Source: Candidatus Omnitrophota bacterium
GTDB taxonomy: Bacteria; Omnitrophota; Gorgyraeia; Zapsychrales; Fredricksoniimonadaceae
Assembly: GCA_044225175.1 (NCBI GenBank)
Contig: JBGAJA010000001.1
Coordinates: 6,994-70,993, forward strand
Direction: 5' to 3'
DNA length: 64,000 nt
Below, piece after piece: positions 1 to 10,510 of this stretch. The notes under the pieces were generated by a model. The model saw nothing but the letters and a program-made list of their open reading frames with translations. It ran no database searches and was not told the origin of the DNA. Both the position numbers and the translations under genes were made by a program. How positions within the stretch are numbered: position 1 is the first letter of the stretch; each line of letters opens with the position of its first letter.

Positions 1-3000
1 AGTTTATCTTTTAGACGTGATGGAACGCTTTATGTCACAACAAAAGACAAATTATTAAGTCTGAATAAGGGAGAAACGCAGATTACATCTCATCCTTATA
101 TAGGTTTTCGCCAACTAGCTTTCGACCAAGAGGGGGGGTATATCGCTGCTGGTATAGAAGATGGTCATTTAAAATTTATAGATCCGAAGTGGAAAGAGTT
201 ATGGGAGGAAAAGATTGGGGGAATTAAAAGTTTATCGTTCTCAAAAAATGGACAATTGGCTGTGGGAACAATCAGTGGCCGTTTAATCATTTTTGATAAA
301 GGTGGATCCAGGTTATTGGATGTGCAAATAGATCCCTATAGGATCGAGGTCTTATTTGACAATGAAGGTCGATGTGTTGTCATCACAACAGACGGGCGGG
401 TGTTTCGCTATCAAGATACCTATGGTTTAATTGTAGAGGACCATGTCCATGAATTGTCCTCTGGCGTTTCAACTCCCAAGTCTTTCTTACCGAAGAAAGT
501 TCAAGTAATCAACATTCTTGAACAACATTCAAAGGATATTGCTCAGGATCAGAAATTCATTCAACTTAAACTGACTGCAGGTATAGCCCAGAATGACAAA
601 GACCGCAGGCAGGCGCTTGAGCAATTACGGGTATTTTTAGATGAGAACAAGGGGCAATTAGGCGTTCACTCCTCGGGTACTATTACCAGTCAATCCTCTT
701 TATCCCAGCAGGTCCAAATTGTTACAATCTCTGAACAACCTAAGAATGATGAAGCCAAGATATTCACCAAACTCAAGCTTGAGGCAGGATTGAGTCGTGA
801 TGATAAAGAGCGTACAAAAATATTGAGTGGATTGAAGGAATTGTTAGAGAAGTATGAAGGGCAATTAGACATTGCAAATGTGAAGAAAGAGCAAATTAAG
901 GATGATGATATTGTTCGAGCTTGGCTTAAGAAATGGTCTTCAGTCCTGCCACCTTTGGATCAAGTGCTCACTGTAAATCGTTCTGCTAATGGCCATTGGG
1001 CGATTACTACGGCAAATGGATTGCTAATTGTACTGGATCGAGAATATAAGGAAGTGTTTAATCAACATATAGGAAGCATAAAACGATTAATATTTTCAAA
1101 TGAAGGGGCTTTAGCGGTTGAGACAGACTCCGGAACTTTGATGGTGATTGATTCAGATGGAAAAATAAGTAAAACTGTTAACCCGAATACAATATACAGT
1201 TGGAGATTCTCTAATAAAGGTTATTTAGCAGTGATTACAACGGGCGGATATCTCATGCTGTTTGATAATAGCCGAAAGTTAATACTCAATGAAAAAATGG
1301 AAGTGTCCATCTTTGAATTTTCCGATGAAGGTAATTTGACAATCAGTACCCCAGATGAGCATTTAATTAAGTTCAATGAGCAAGGAGATAAAGTATTTGA
1401 TGAGAAAATTGAAGATATGCTTCATTGGAAAGTATCAATTGAAGGAAGTGTCGTTGTTACTAAGGGTAATCGTTTCATCATGATTAATAAGAATGGCCAA
1501 AGGGTTTTTCAAGAATCTATGAATTCAATCCGAGCTTGGAGATATTTGGAGGATGGGAGGTTAGTGATTGAAACCAAAGAAGGTTTAATTGTGATAGATA
1601 AGAAAGGTAGTAGAGTTTTTGATGAAAAGTTTTATCTTACTCAATTTAAGTTATCCAATGAGAATCATTTGGCAGTTGTGAGAACAACAGACAAGTCTGT
1701 AGGAAACGCAATTATGCAGGATCAGCGTTTGATTATTAAGAATAAAGAAGGAAAAGAAGTCTTCAATGAGAGTATAGGAATTATAAAAGAATGGAAATTT
1801 TTAAGTGATGGAATGTTGTTTGTCATCACTCTTGAAGACCAAGTGATTAAAATCAACAAAAAAGGTGAAAAAGTCTTTGATCAGAAGATTAATCACATTA
1901 AAGGATGGGATTTATCAACCAGGGAGCATTTAGCGATATATACAGATGATCGATTGCTATTATTTAATAATAAAGGAGAGAATTTAATGGATGACCGAAT
2001 CCAAGGCATCCACAAAGCCATGTTCCTTGGTGAGGAATTACAGGTGATCACAAAACATGGGACAATTCTTCATTTTAAAGAACGATTAGGATTTGTTTCA
2101 GAGGGAAAGATCTATGAGCTTTCTTCTGGGATAGCAAATGAGCAATCATCCTTGGGAGAAAAAGTGCAGGTATTGACCATGAGAAATGAGAGAAGCTCAA
2201 ATGTCAAGGTTCCTGCGCTTTCAAAACCCTCTCAAAAACCCTTCGAACCCCATTATGGCTTGAAACCTTTTTATTTCGCTGCTGATCGACAAGGATTTGT
2301 TTATTTGAATTTTAAAGGCTCTTGGTATCAAACCCGCCATCAAATCTTGGGTAAGCATGTTTTTGATGTAAAAGAAAGTGAAATAGCCATTGTTAATAAG
2401 AAGTCATTGCAAGTCTCTTCCATCCCACTATCTTCTATTCGCAATCCTTTTCTTAAAGATGATCAACCCTTAAAAGAAGAAGATTTCTTGATTGAGCATC
2501 ATGACCTTGAAAAAGCTGAGTCTAATATTCTTTCTTCTTTTGCTTCAGGTATCCATGTCGGCTTAGAAGGTTCACCAGCTGCAGGAAAGACGAGCATTAC
2601 CCAAGAAATTGCTTTGCTGTTGGGGCTTGATTATTTTAAGTTTCAAATGCATGGCGAGCGGCAAACGGAAGATTTATTTGGAGGATATCAGGAAGATGCG
2701 TATGGGCGCTGGCGTTTAGTGGCCAGGCCTAAGGACTTGACGGAAAGACAGATGGCTTCTTTAGGAGACGGTCTTCGAAGCAAACTTCTTTCTCATGGAA
2801 TCCTGGCTTTAGATCAGTTATCAGGGTTGTATTGGTGGAATGAAACAATCACAGGGAATGTTGAACTGGAGGAAGCTTTAAGTATCCTTTCAGAGCCTTT
2901 GGATACACAAGAACAGGCCCAGATCTTTTCTCTTTTGCACTATCAAATACCCTTCTTGGAATTATTGACTCATGGAGGCCTTTTAGTCCCTGATGAAGGG

Positions 3001-6000
3001 GCGGTTGGAGAAGGTGGGCAGAGTTTATTAAGCTGGTTTAGTGCGATCGTTCAGGGAGATCCTGTCATAAATCTAGAATCTTTTCCTGGAATACCATTCC
3101 ATGTTCGTGTGCATCAAGATTTTCATTTAGGTATCACATCCAACGCACCAGAAAATACACCTCAACGTGAACGGTTCAAGAGTGAAATTGGTTCTCATAT
3201 TCAATACATTGTGGTGCGTGAGAATACTGACCCTATATTTTTACAAAAAGTTTTCAAACATTTCTTGGGAACAGTGCAAGGTATTGATGGGCAAGCAATT
3301 GAAAAGATGTCCAAAACAGCCTCCCAAGTGCATTTGGACATACGTGAGCAAATAGGAAAGACCTTGGGGAAGGGTCAAGAAGAGCGTTTTTATCTTTCCC
3401 CTCGAGATATTCGTCGATTGGGAAGATATGTTCGCAAGAACTTAAAAGAACAAGATGATCTGGGTTATGTGATGTATAAGGCTTTGCGTTTAGTTTATGA
3501 GGCCGGATTTTCCTCCCAAGTGGAGCGTTCCATTGTTCTTAAGAAGATCAATCAATCTATTGAAGGTACTTTTGGTCCTTCAGGAACTTTTGAGCAGAAA
3601 TTAAAAGATGAAATCAACCGGAATTTCTCTCAAGCATTGACGGAAAATGAGGCATGGATGTTGTGGTTGAGCCATGAACTTTTGAATTTGGATGAGCCTG
3701 TTATGTATATGTATGAGTATGGCGCAAGGCTTGAAGACATTATTGAAGAAATGCGCATCAAAAGAAATGCTGATATTCAAATCATCGATGCTGCTCCTGA
3801 AAATGGCCGCTTTGAAATCATAGGAAGCTTACGGCCTGTTCTTGGAGTTGTTCCTCCAGGCCAATTGAAGGCCAAATTTGCTAGAGGAGGGATTTTAAGA
3901 AACCTTATCAGCCATCTCCAAATGCAATCTCAAAAGGACAGCAAGCCAAAGAAAGAAACCATTGTCTGGATCAGGGACATTGATCAATGGAGTGAAGACT
4001 TGCGTACTGCTTTGAATGGTTTATTGGAAGATGGATATATAGATATTGAAACTGATGGGGGGAAAGTAGAACGTTTTTATAAGCCATCGAATGTGCATTT
4101 TATTTCTGAGCTTCCCATGGATACAGCGACAGAGTTTTCAAGCGCCTTTTTTAGTCGATGGATTCGCTGTGGGATTGCTGCAGAAAGAACAATAGCTCAA
4201 GAGGGGGGTGTTTCACAGTTGGAAGAAGTTTTACATAAAGCCTATGATTTGGATGAAAGGCAGGCGTTTTGGTTAAACAGGATTTATATGGAATTGATGG
4301 AGTATGAGACACAAGTCAATCGCAAGCGTTGGAACATCCAACGTCGCTATGATCTATCAGTCAGTTTGATTTATGAAGTAGCTGAGTCTATACGCCTGGC
4401 TAAACGCAAGGACCTCCAATGGCTGGATCTTCTTAACACAATCAAGACTACAGGTTTTGATCCACGAATCCAAAAAGCACAAGGGCCTATCCAAGAAGCT
4501 TTCACTGCTTTGTATACAAGTGTATCCGCGCGAATAGTAGGCAATGAATTGATGGCAACCCTAGGGATGCGCTTTAGACCTGAAGGACTTACTAATATCA
4601 TCTCTGATCGCGAACTGTTTACCGAAATCATTGAAATTATCTTGAATCAAAAGATTGACGCGCCTAATTATCCGCTTGTGGTTGAAAAAGGTGTGTTAAT
4701 GACACACACCGTTCAGGAAGCATTCTTAACTATGGACAAAGGTCTTCTATTAGGTAGAGGAGTCATCCTAGAGGGGGACACTGGAAAAGCCAAAACAACC
4801 GCAGCAGAATCATTTGCAAGGCTTAAAGGAATGGATTATTACAAGTATCAATCGCATGCAGGAAGCTCAATTTCTGATTTGACAATTGAAATAAATAGAG
4901 ATGCTCAGGGAAATTTCTCTAAGGCTGAAAAGTTGTTTTATCAAAAAATCCGCCAAGGAAATGTTGTTGTCAATGTGGATGAGGCCAATGTGGCGCCTAA
5001 TATTCTTTGGGCTTTGCAAGCCATTTTGAGGGGAGAAAGAATGATTTATCCCCCCATCCCAGGAGAAGAGCCATTTGCTATTGGTGAAAACGTTTTAATC
5101 GTTTTTACTCAAAACCCTCCTGACTTAGAAGGCCGCAGCGAAACTCCTCGACGGTTTATTGACCGTATGCTGGTCCATAAGATGGGTCATTTGTCAGAAG
5201 CAGAAGAAGACGCGTTGACAGCTATGTTTTATGGTGTACCTCTTCAAGATGACAATGTCCCCAAGGAACGCCAGAGAGTGGTGCTTCAACGGCCATCTCC
5301 TCGTGAAGGAGAAGTGCATTTTCATGGGGGAATTGATTTACGAATGAGAGAAGGACAAGAAACATTCGATGACACCAAAGAAGATGATACTGAGATTGAA
5401 TGGGATTCGCAGGGTAAGCCAGCTGCTTACGGTGTTTTTACCCCTGAACTTTATCCTCATACACGTTATGGAGCATCCGGAGCATTTGATGAAACAACGC
5501 AAAGCTTTGTTATCCCAAATACTCCTGATCCACAGACGCAGCATTTTTTCCAATCTCGTCGTCTCACTCGTACATTGACCCGTAGTCATGACACATTTAG
5601 TGGTCGCTATGGCATGGCATTAGACCATCAATGGCATTTGTTGCCTGCCGCTGGAACGCCCATGGAGATCTTAGATATTCATGTCCTAGATGAAAATGGC
5701 CATAAAATGGATGTCCCATTGGAAATTGCTAAAGACCATTTTGACAATTGGTTCGTTCGTGCCCCTCAAATCAAAATGTTTAAAGATGTGCAACTGGAAT
5801 ATCGAGTGGCTGTTCCCAAGGTTTATTTTGGCCGACCCGTTCCTAGCAAGATTTTGTTTGAATATTCTCAGCAGATGTCCCAAGAGATTAAAAAGGGTAT
5901 GGAGTTAGTTGGTTTAAGTGGGAAAGAAAAAGATTATCGGGAAGTTCTGTATAAGCTGGTTGGATTTTTTAGAAATTTTGATGTGAAAAGCGGAGATATT

Positions 6001-7617
6001 CCTGATGTTCATGGAAGTCCTTATCTCAATATTATGTATGAACAAAACGGTGTTTGCCGACATCGGGCTTGGGCATTTGTGAGGACAGCTTTAGGACTAG
6101 GTATAGAGGCCAGATATGTTTTAAGTGATATCCATGCTTTTGCGGAAGTCAAAGTTCCTGGCTTAGATTTCTGGATGAGAATTGATTTAGGCGGAGGTGG
6201 AGATCCCATGAATATGTCTCTGGCGCCTTTGGCCAGTGAAATGTACCAACCAGCTTTTGGTGATGATCTTCCTCAGCCAGTTAAATTTCTTGAAAACCAA
6301 AAGAAATTTGAGAAACGAATGGAAAAGGCACTAAAAAAGCAAAACATCAAACCTCAAGTTTCCCAACGCAGCAGCAGTCAATCCAAAAGTCCAGATGATA
6401 AGCAGGATGCTTCTAAAGACCAGTCGTTTGACCGTCAATCTGAAGAACAGCGTATTAAAATGGAAACCGAAAGTCGTATGCATCAAGCAGTAGATCAAGA
6501 GGAGCTTAAAGGTGATATCAATGAACAATTTATTTCTGGAAAGCAGCAAACAGCTTTTGTTTTTGAGCGTTTATTTGATAGCATCAAAGCTGGTATTCGC
6601 ATCCTTCGAGAATTTAAAAGGACGGGAATTGAAATTGACCCGATAGCGATTATGCTTAAACATTCCAAGCCTTTTATTAGCAAGCGTAAAATCAATAAGA
6701 TGAAAAAGACCGCAGCTATGATTTTAATTGATGTGAGTGGAAGTATGGGTGGTGTTAAGAAAGAGATGGCATTTGCCATTGCAGCAATTGGAGGAGGTTT
6801 TTGGCAGCTAAGACAGGTGGCTCAGAAATACTTCTTATATGACATATCTTTTTTTAATATGCAGCCTTCAACATTGGTCCAAATGGGCCAGCAGTTAACA
6901 GAGGATGAAAATAGAAATTTGTTGACCTCTATGGCCAATCACATAGGAGAGGGTGGAACGAACATTGTCGATTCCATGCGTCTGAAGCTTAAAAACCCAC
7001 AGAAAACGGGATTCTTGGATTCGCCTGAAGCCATGCGATCCAGCAATAAATATATTGTCATCTTTACAGATGGGGCAGACAGTAATTCCATTAAAGATAA
7101 GAAAATGACACCCGCATTTGCCGAGGTGTTATCTCAATACCGAGCCGCAGGAATTGATGTTTTTGCTGTGGGTATAGGTCAAGGAGCTAGTGACGTGCAG
7201 GCCTTTACAGGCCAAGGGCAGCATTTTATTACAATCGATGAAGAGAATTATATGGGCATTGCCTTGGCTATTGCTAAGATTGCAGATTTAAAAAGCAAAG
7301 GTGGGGGGTATCTTAAAGAGGGAGACTTGACTGAGCTAGTCTTTGGCCGCACATCTTCCGATCACGCTCAACTTTCTAATGTTCCTAGCGATAAAACCGA
7401 ACCTCTGGGAGGTATAGACCTCAGCCATCCTGAAAGTTTTTTGCAAACTAACAATGATGGAGGAGTAATTAGGCTGACTATTGACCCTGCAATGCTCCAA
7501 TACCTCCAAAACTCTCCAGGTTTTTACCCTATTATTCTTAATGTCCAACCATTGGATGATTTAGGAATATTCTTAGGAATGAATAGTGATCAAAAAATAC
7601 AAGCACTTAAGACGTGA
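1..7617 (+). CDS. Giant multidomain protein, 5'-truncated by the window: beta-propeller repeats, MoxR/midasin-like AAA+ modules, transglutaminase-like domain, vWA domain and the conserved C-terminal GGIDL domain
   Basis: Frame 1 is open from base 1 (SLSFRRDGTLYVTT...), so the ORF-track start at 256 is not real. It has ~40-aa propeller-like repeats (FSNEGxLAV), Walker A GSPAAGKT (2569) and GDTGKAKT (4774), Walker B VNVDEAN, GVCRHRA/HAFAEV/WMRID (Cys-His-Asp), MIDAS DVSGS (6730) and C-terminal GGIDL at 7408. Confidence 0.85.
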   Translation, partial: SLSFRRDGTLYVTTKDKLLSLNKGETQITSHPYIGFRQLAFDQEGGYIAAGIEDGHLKFIDPKWKELWEEKIGGIKSLSFSKNGQLAVGTISGRLIIFDKGGSRLLDVQIDPYRIEVLFDNEGRCVVITTDGRVFRYQDTYGLIVEDHVHELSSGVSTPKSFLPKKVQVINILEQHSKDIAQDQKFIQLKLTAGIAQNDKDRRQALEQLRVFLDENKGQLGVHSSGTITSQSSLSQQVQIVTISEQPKNDEAKIFTKLKLEAGLSRDDKERTKILSGLKELLEKYEGQLDIANVKKEQIKDDDIVRAWLKKWSSVLPPLDQVLTVNRSANGHWAITTANGLLIVLDREYKEVFNQHIGSIKRLIFSNEGALAVETDSGTLMVIDSDGKISKTVNPNTIYSWRFSNKGYLAVITTGGYLMLFDNSRKLILNEKMEVSIFEFSDEGNLTISTPDEHLIKFNEQGDKVFDEKIEDMLHWKVSIEGSVVVTKGNRFIMINKNGQRVFQESMNSIRAWRYLEDGRLVIETKEGLIVIDKKGSRVFDEKFYLTQFKLSNENHLAVVRTTDKSVGNAIMQDQRLIIKNKEGKEVFNESIGIIKEWKFLSDGMLFVITLEDQVIKINKKGEKVFDQKINHIKGWDLSTREHLAIYTDDRLLLFNNKGENLMDDRIQGIHKAMFLGEELQVITKHGTILHFKERLGFVSEGKIYELSSGIANEQSSLGEKVQVLTMRNERSSNVKVPALSKPSQKPFEPHYGLKPFYFAADRQGFVYLNFKGSWYQTRHQILGKHVFDVKESEIAIVNKKSLQVSSIPLSSIRNPFLKDDQPLKEEDFLIEHHDLEKAESNILSSFASGIHVGLEGSPAAGKTSITQEIALLLGLDYFKFQMHGERQTEDLFGGYQEDAYGRWRLVARPKDLTERQMASLGDGLRSKLLSHGILALDQLSGLYWWNETITGNVELEEALSILSEPLDTQEQAQIFSLLHYQIPFLELLTHGGLLVPDEGAVGEGGQSLLSWFSAIVQGDPVINLESFPGIPFHVRVHQDFHLGITSNAPENTPQRERFKSEIGSHIQYIVVRENTDPIFLQKVFKHFLGTVQGIDGQAIEKMSKTASQVHLDIREQIGKTLGKGQEERFYLSPRDIRRLGRYVRKNLKEQDDLGYVMYKALRLVYEAGFSSQVERSIVLKKINQSIEGTFGPSGTFEQKLKDEINRNFSQALTENEAWMLWLSHELLNLDEPVMYMYEYGARLEDIIEEMRIKRNADIQIIDAAPENGRFEIIGSLRPVLGVVPPGQLKAKFARGGILRNLISHLQMQSQKDSKPKKETIVWIRDIDQWSEDLRTALNGLLEDGYIDIETDGGKVERFYKPSNVHFISELPMDTATEFSSAFFSRWIRCGIAAERTIAQEGGVSQLEEVLHKAYDLDERQAFWLNRIYMELMEYETQVNRKRWNIQRRYDLSVSLIYEVAESIRLAKRKDLQWLDLLNTIKTTGFDPRIQKAQGPIQEAFTALYTSVSARIVGNELMATLGMRFRPEGLTNIISDRELFTEIIEIILNQKIDAPNYPLVVEKGVLMTHTVQEAFLTMDKGLLLGRGVILEGDTGKAKTTAAESFARLKGMDYYKYQSHAGSSISDLTIEINRDAQGNFSKAEKLFYQKIRQGNVVVNVDEANVAPNILWALQAILRGERMIYPPIPGEEPFAIGENVLIVFTQNPPDLEGRSETPRRFIDRMLVHKMGHLSEAEEDALTAMFYGVPLQDDNVPKERQRVVLQRPSPREGEVHFHGGIDLRMREGQETFDDTKEDDTEIEWDSQGKPAAYGVFTPELYPHTRYGASGAFDETTQSFVIPNTPDPQTQHFFQSRRLTRTLTRSHDTFSGRYGMALDHQWHLLPAAGTPMEILDIHVLDENGHKMDVPLEIAKDHFDNWFVRAPQIKMFKDVQLEYRVAVPKVYFGRPVPSKILFEYSQQMSQEIKKGMELVGLSGKEKDYREVLYKLVGFFRNFDVKSGDIPDVHGSPYLNIMYEQNGVCRHRAWAFVRTALGLGIEARYVLSDIHAFAEVKVPGLDFWMRIDLGGGGDPMNMSLAPLASEMYQPAFGDDLPQPVKFLENQKKFEKRMEKALKKQNIKPQVSQRSSSQSKSPDDKQDASKDQSFDRQSEEQRIKMETESRMHQAVDQEELKGDINEQFISGKQQTAFVFERLFDSIKAGIRILREFKRTGIEIDPIAIMLKHSKPFISKRKINKMKKTAAMILIDVSGSMGGVKKEMAFAIAAIGGGFWQLRQVAQKYFLYDISFFNMQPSTLVQMGQQLTEDENRNLLTSMANHIGEGGTNIVDSMRLKLKNPQKTGFLDSPEAMRSSNKYIVIFTDGADSNSIKDKKMTPAFAEVLSQYRAAGIDVFAVGIGQGASDVQAFTGQGQHFITIDEENYMGIALAIAKIADLKSKGGGYLKEGDLTELVFGRTSSDHAQLSNVPSDKTEPLGGIDLSHPESFLQTNNDGGVIRLTIDPAMLQYLQNSPGFYPIILNVQPLDDLGIFLGMNSDQKIQALKT

Positions 7618-7647
7618 GTTTTAAAAGAATTATGTTAGTATCAAAAA

Positions 7648-8295
7648 ATGATCAAAATACGCGCCTTTAATAAATCTGACCGCCCAAGAATCAGGCAGAT
7701 TTGCTGTGATGTGGCTGATCGGGGTGAGCCTATTGAGAGTTTCTTTCCTGATCGTGAATTTGCGGCAGATCTATTGACCAAGTATTATACAGATTATGAA
7801 CCTGAGAATTCTTTCGTGGCAGAATCGGATGGCCTTGTGGTGGGATATATTAATTCTGCATTAGATAATCGTCGCTATGGTCTGGTAATTATTTTCATTA
7901 TCATCCCTTTTATTTTGATCAAGGGGATTGTTCGAGGAGTTTTTATCCGGCCAGAATTCCTACAAATTCTTAAGGCATCATTGAAAAATTGGCGTCGACT
8001 TTTTGTATTGCGCAAAACTTCCTTTGGAAGTCATCAGGGGCATTTGCATATCGGGATCTTAAAAGAATTTCGCCATCAGCACATTGGAGAGAAGTTGGTT
8101 CAAGTATTATTGGATCATGCTAAGAACACGGAAGTTACGGAAATTGTTGCCTCTGTTAGTGATCAAAATCCTGCAGCATGTCGCTTTTTTGAACGTTTAG
8201 GCTTTATTGTTTTGAGTCGTTACCCTATGATGATGGCCGATGGTCCAACAATCAAAGAATATCACTCCATTTCGTATGTTAAGAAAATTCGTTAA
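7648..8295 (+). CDS. GNAT family N-acetyltransferase
   Basis: HLHIGILKEFRHQHIGEKL acetyl-CoA motif A and NPAACRFFERLGF motif B. Confidence 0.85.
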   Translation: MIKIRAFNKSDRPRIRQICCDVADRGEPIESFFPDREFAADLLTKYYTDYEPENSFVAESDGLVVGYINSALDNRRYGLVIIFIIIPFILIKGIVRGVFIRPEFLQILKASLKNWRRLFVLRKTSFGSHQGHLHIGILKEFRHQHIGEKLVQVLLDHAKNTEVTEIVASVSDQNPAACRFFERLGFIVLSRYPMMMADGPTIKEYHSISYVKKIR

Positions 8296-9658
8296 ATATC
8301 TTTTATTTTTTATATTCGTTTTAGGCCTCGGAGCATCAGCAATGGCAAATGAATCGGAATTGCCGCAGCTGCAGCTGGATCCCAAAGATAGAATCTTGGT
8401 TTTATCCCCGCATCCTGATGATGAAGTATTAGGTACGGGGGGGATTATTCAAAGGTCAGTAGCTATGAATTTGCCAGTGAAAATAGTCTTCTTTACCTAC
8501 GGAGATAGTAATCAATGGTCATTTCTTCTTTACCGTAAACATCCCGTTATTATGCCTGGCGCAATCCAATCTATGGGACTCGTACGAATGACGGAAGCTT
8601 TGACTGCGGATAGTATCCTTGGAGTAGATGCCAAGAACTTGATGTTTTTAGGTTATCCGGATTTTGGAACTTTGAATATATGGTATCAGCATTGGAATAA
8701 AAGGCCGCCGTATAGAGGTATGGGCACATGGGTCACTGAAGTCCCATATAAAGGGGCCTTTAGACCTGGGGCTGCTTATAAGGGAGAAGAAATTGTTGGC
8801 GATTTGCGGCATATTTTAAGAGATTTTAAGCCAACGAAGATTTTTGTTTCACATCCAGCAGACCATAATGGCGACCATCTTTCTCTTTATCTGTATTTGA
8901 GAGTGGCCTTATGGGACGAGAAATTAACTGATAGTGTGGAGATTTATCCATATCTTATTCATTATCTTGGCTGGCCTGCATCTAAAGGATTTAAACCCGA
9001 CCGTCCTTTAGATCCTCCTGAATCATTAAAGAAAATCATTTCTTGGAAGTCTTTTCGACTCACTCCTCAAGAATTTGATATTAAAAAAGCAGCGTTACAA
9101 GCTCATAAAAGTCAATTTATGTCGACGCCGAAATATTTATTGTCCTTTATTCGTAATAATGAAATTTTTGGAGATTTTCCTCTTGTTCGGCTGCATGCAA
9201 ATGAGGATTCTTCTGTTTTTAAGGTCCATCGTAAAGACCTGGCAGTAGCTGAGCTTCCCGAAGACCTTAGTTCTCAAGAGAAAACATCCTTTATTGGTGT
9301 TGAGTGGAAGTTTGTACGATGGCAGGGAGAGGATTTGGTTATTTCCGTGGAATTATCCAAACCCCTAGCGCAAGATGTGGAGGCTTTTATTTACATTTTT
9401 GGTTACAATCACAATACGTCTTTTGAAAAAATGCCAAAAATTAGCGTTAGGTTAGGAGATAATAGTTATACTGTCTATGATCAAGCTCGTCGCATTGAAC
9501 AGGCTTCTATACGAGTCAAAAGGACGTCTAATGAAGTGACGATTGCAGTACCGCTGAAATTGTTAAATCATCCTGACAAGATTTTAACCAGTGCCCGCAC
9601 ATATTTAGGAAACGTACCACTAGACAGCGCCTCCTGGATCGCTGTTGAATTAAATTAG
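8276..9658 (+). CDS. Secreted PIG-L/LmbE family deacetylase with an extra C-terminal beta-rich domain
   Basis: SPHPDDE and HPADHNGDH motifs, AHKSQ; N-terminal signal peptide; start chosen at ATG 8276 (MLRKFVKY...). Confidence 0.8.
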   Translation: MLRKFVKYLLFFIFVLGLGASAMANESELPQLQLDPKDRILVLSPHPDDEVLGTGGIIQRSVAMNLPVKIVFFTYGDSNQWSFLLYRKHPVIMPGAIQSMGLVRMTEALTADSILGVDAKNLMFLGYPDFGTLNIWYQHWNKRPPYRGMGTWVTEVPYKGAFRPGAAYKGEEIVGDLRHILRDFKPTKIFVSHPADHNGDHLSLYLYLRVALWDEKLTDSVEIYPYLIHYLGWPASKGFKPDRPLDPPESLKKIISWKSFRLTPQEFDIKKAALQAHKSQFMSTPKYLLSFIRNNEIFGDFPLVRLHANEDSSVFKVHRKDLAVAELPEDLSSQEKTSFIGVEWKFVRWQGEDLVISVELSKPLAQDVEAFIYIFGYNHNTSFEKMPKISVRLGDNSYTVYDQARRIEQASIRVKRTSNEVTIAVPLKLLNHPDKILTSARTYLGNVPLDSASWIAVELN

Positions 9659-9666
9659 GGAGAGTT

Positions 9667-10440
9667 ATGGATATTATTCATGCTATTGTTTTAGGGGTTG
9701 TTGAGGGGATTACGGAATTCCTGCCTGTTTCATCAACAGGGCATATGATCATTGCTTCTCACTTGATGCAGATTCCTGAGTCAGATTTCTTGAAAACATT
9801 TGAAATTGCTATTCAATTAGGGGCTATTTGTGCGGTGGCTGGGCTTTATTGGCGGACCTTTCTTTTGGATTGGGAGGTGGTTGTTAAAGTATTTACAGCA
9901 TTTATACCAACGGCTATTGTTGGATTTTTACTTTACAAATTGATTAAGCATTATTTATTAGGTAATGCTTTAGTTGTTGTGGTGTCTTTGCTGGTAGGTG
10001 GTATTTTTATTGTGGTATTTGAAAGATTTTATAAAGTCAAAAAAGATCAGGTTAAAGAAGCGAGTAAGATTACGTACGTCCAGGCCCTTATCATTGGCCT
10101 TTGTCAGTCTTTGGCTGTCATTCCAGGCGTGTCTCGCTCTGCAGCAACCATTATTGGCGGATTATGCTTAGGGATTTCTCGAAAGACTATTGTTGAGTTT
10201 TCTTTTCTGTTAGCTGTCCCAACGATGCTAGCTGCGACTATTCTCGATATTCTGAAGACCGAATCAGATATCTCCAGCAATGAATGGGGGATATTAGCTA
10301 TTGGCTTTGTTGTTGCTTTAGTTGTAGCGTGGCTTTCGGTCAAATTCTTCTTACGCTACATTCAAAAACATGATTTTACAGCCTTTGGTATTTACCGCAT
10401 CGTAGCTGCTATTGTTTTTTCATTTCTCCTTTTCTCCTGA
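9667..10440 (+). CDS. uppP: Undecaprenyl-diphosphate phosphatase
   Basis: VEGITEFLPVSSTGH and PGVSRS BacA/UppP motifs; hydrophobic. Confidence 0.95.
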   Translation: MDIIHAIVLGVVEGITEFLPVSSTGHMIIASHLMQIPESDFLKTFEIAIQLGAICAVAGLYWRTFLLDWEVVVKVFTAFIPTAIVGFLLYKLIKHYLLGNALVVVVSLLVGGIFIVVFERFYKVKKDQVKEASKITYVQALIIGLCQSLAVIPGVSRSAATIIGGLCLGISRKTIVEFSFLLAVPTMLAATILDILKTESDISSNEWGILAIGFVVALVVAWLSVKFFLRYIQKHDFTAFGIYRIVAAIVFSFLLFS

Positions 10441-10445
10441 GCGGC

Positions 10446-10474
10446 TTGACAATAATTATGTTCTTCTTTATACT
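10446..10474 (+). promoter_or_regulatory. Sigma70-type promoter for the marR-tolC-RND locus
   Basis: TTGACA-17 nt-TATACT. Confidence 0.75.
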
Positions 10475-10486
10475 TCGTTTAATTAA

Positions 10487-10505
10487 TAGTTAACATCATT
10501 AACTA
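10487..10505. promoter_or_regulatory. Putative MarR operator (inverted repeat)
   Basis: TAGTTAA-catca-TTAACTA between the promoter and the start of a MarR-domain gene. Confidence 0.55.
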
Positions 10506-10510
10506 ATTAG

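Noticed and set aside
256-258. ORF-track start of the first giant protein
   Set aside because: The frame is open from base 1 and the upstream translation continues the propeller repeats.
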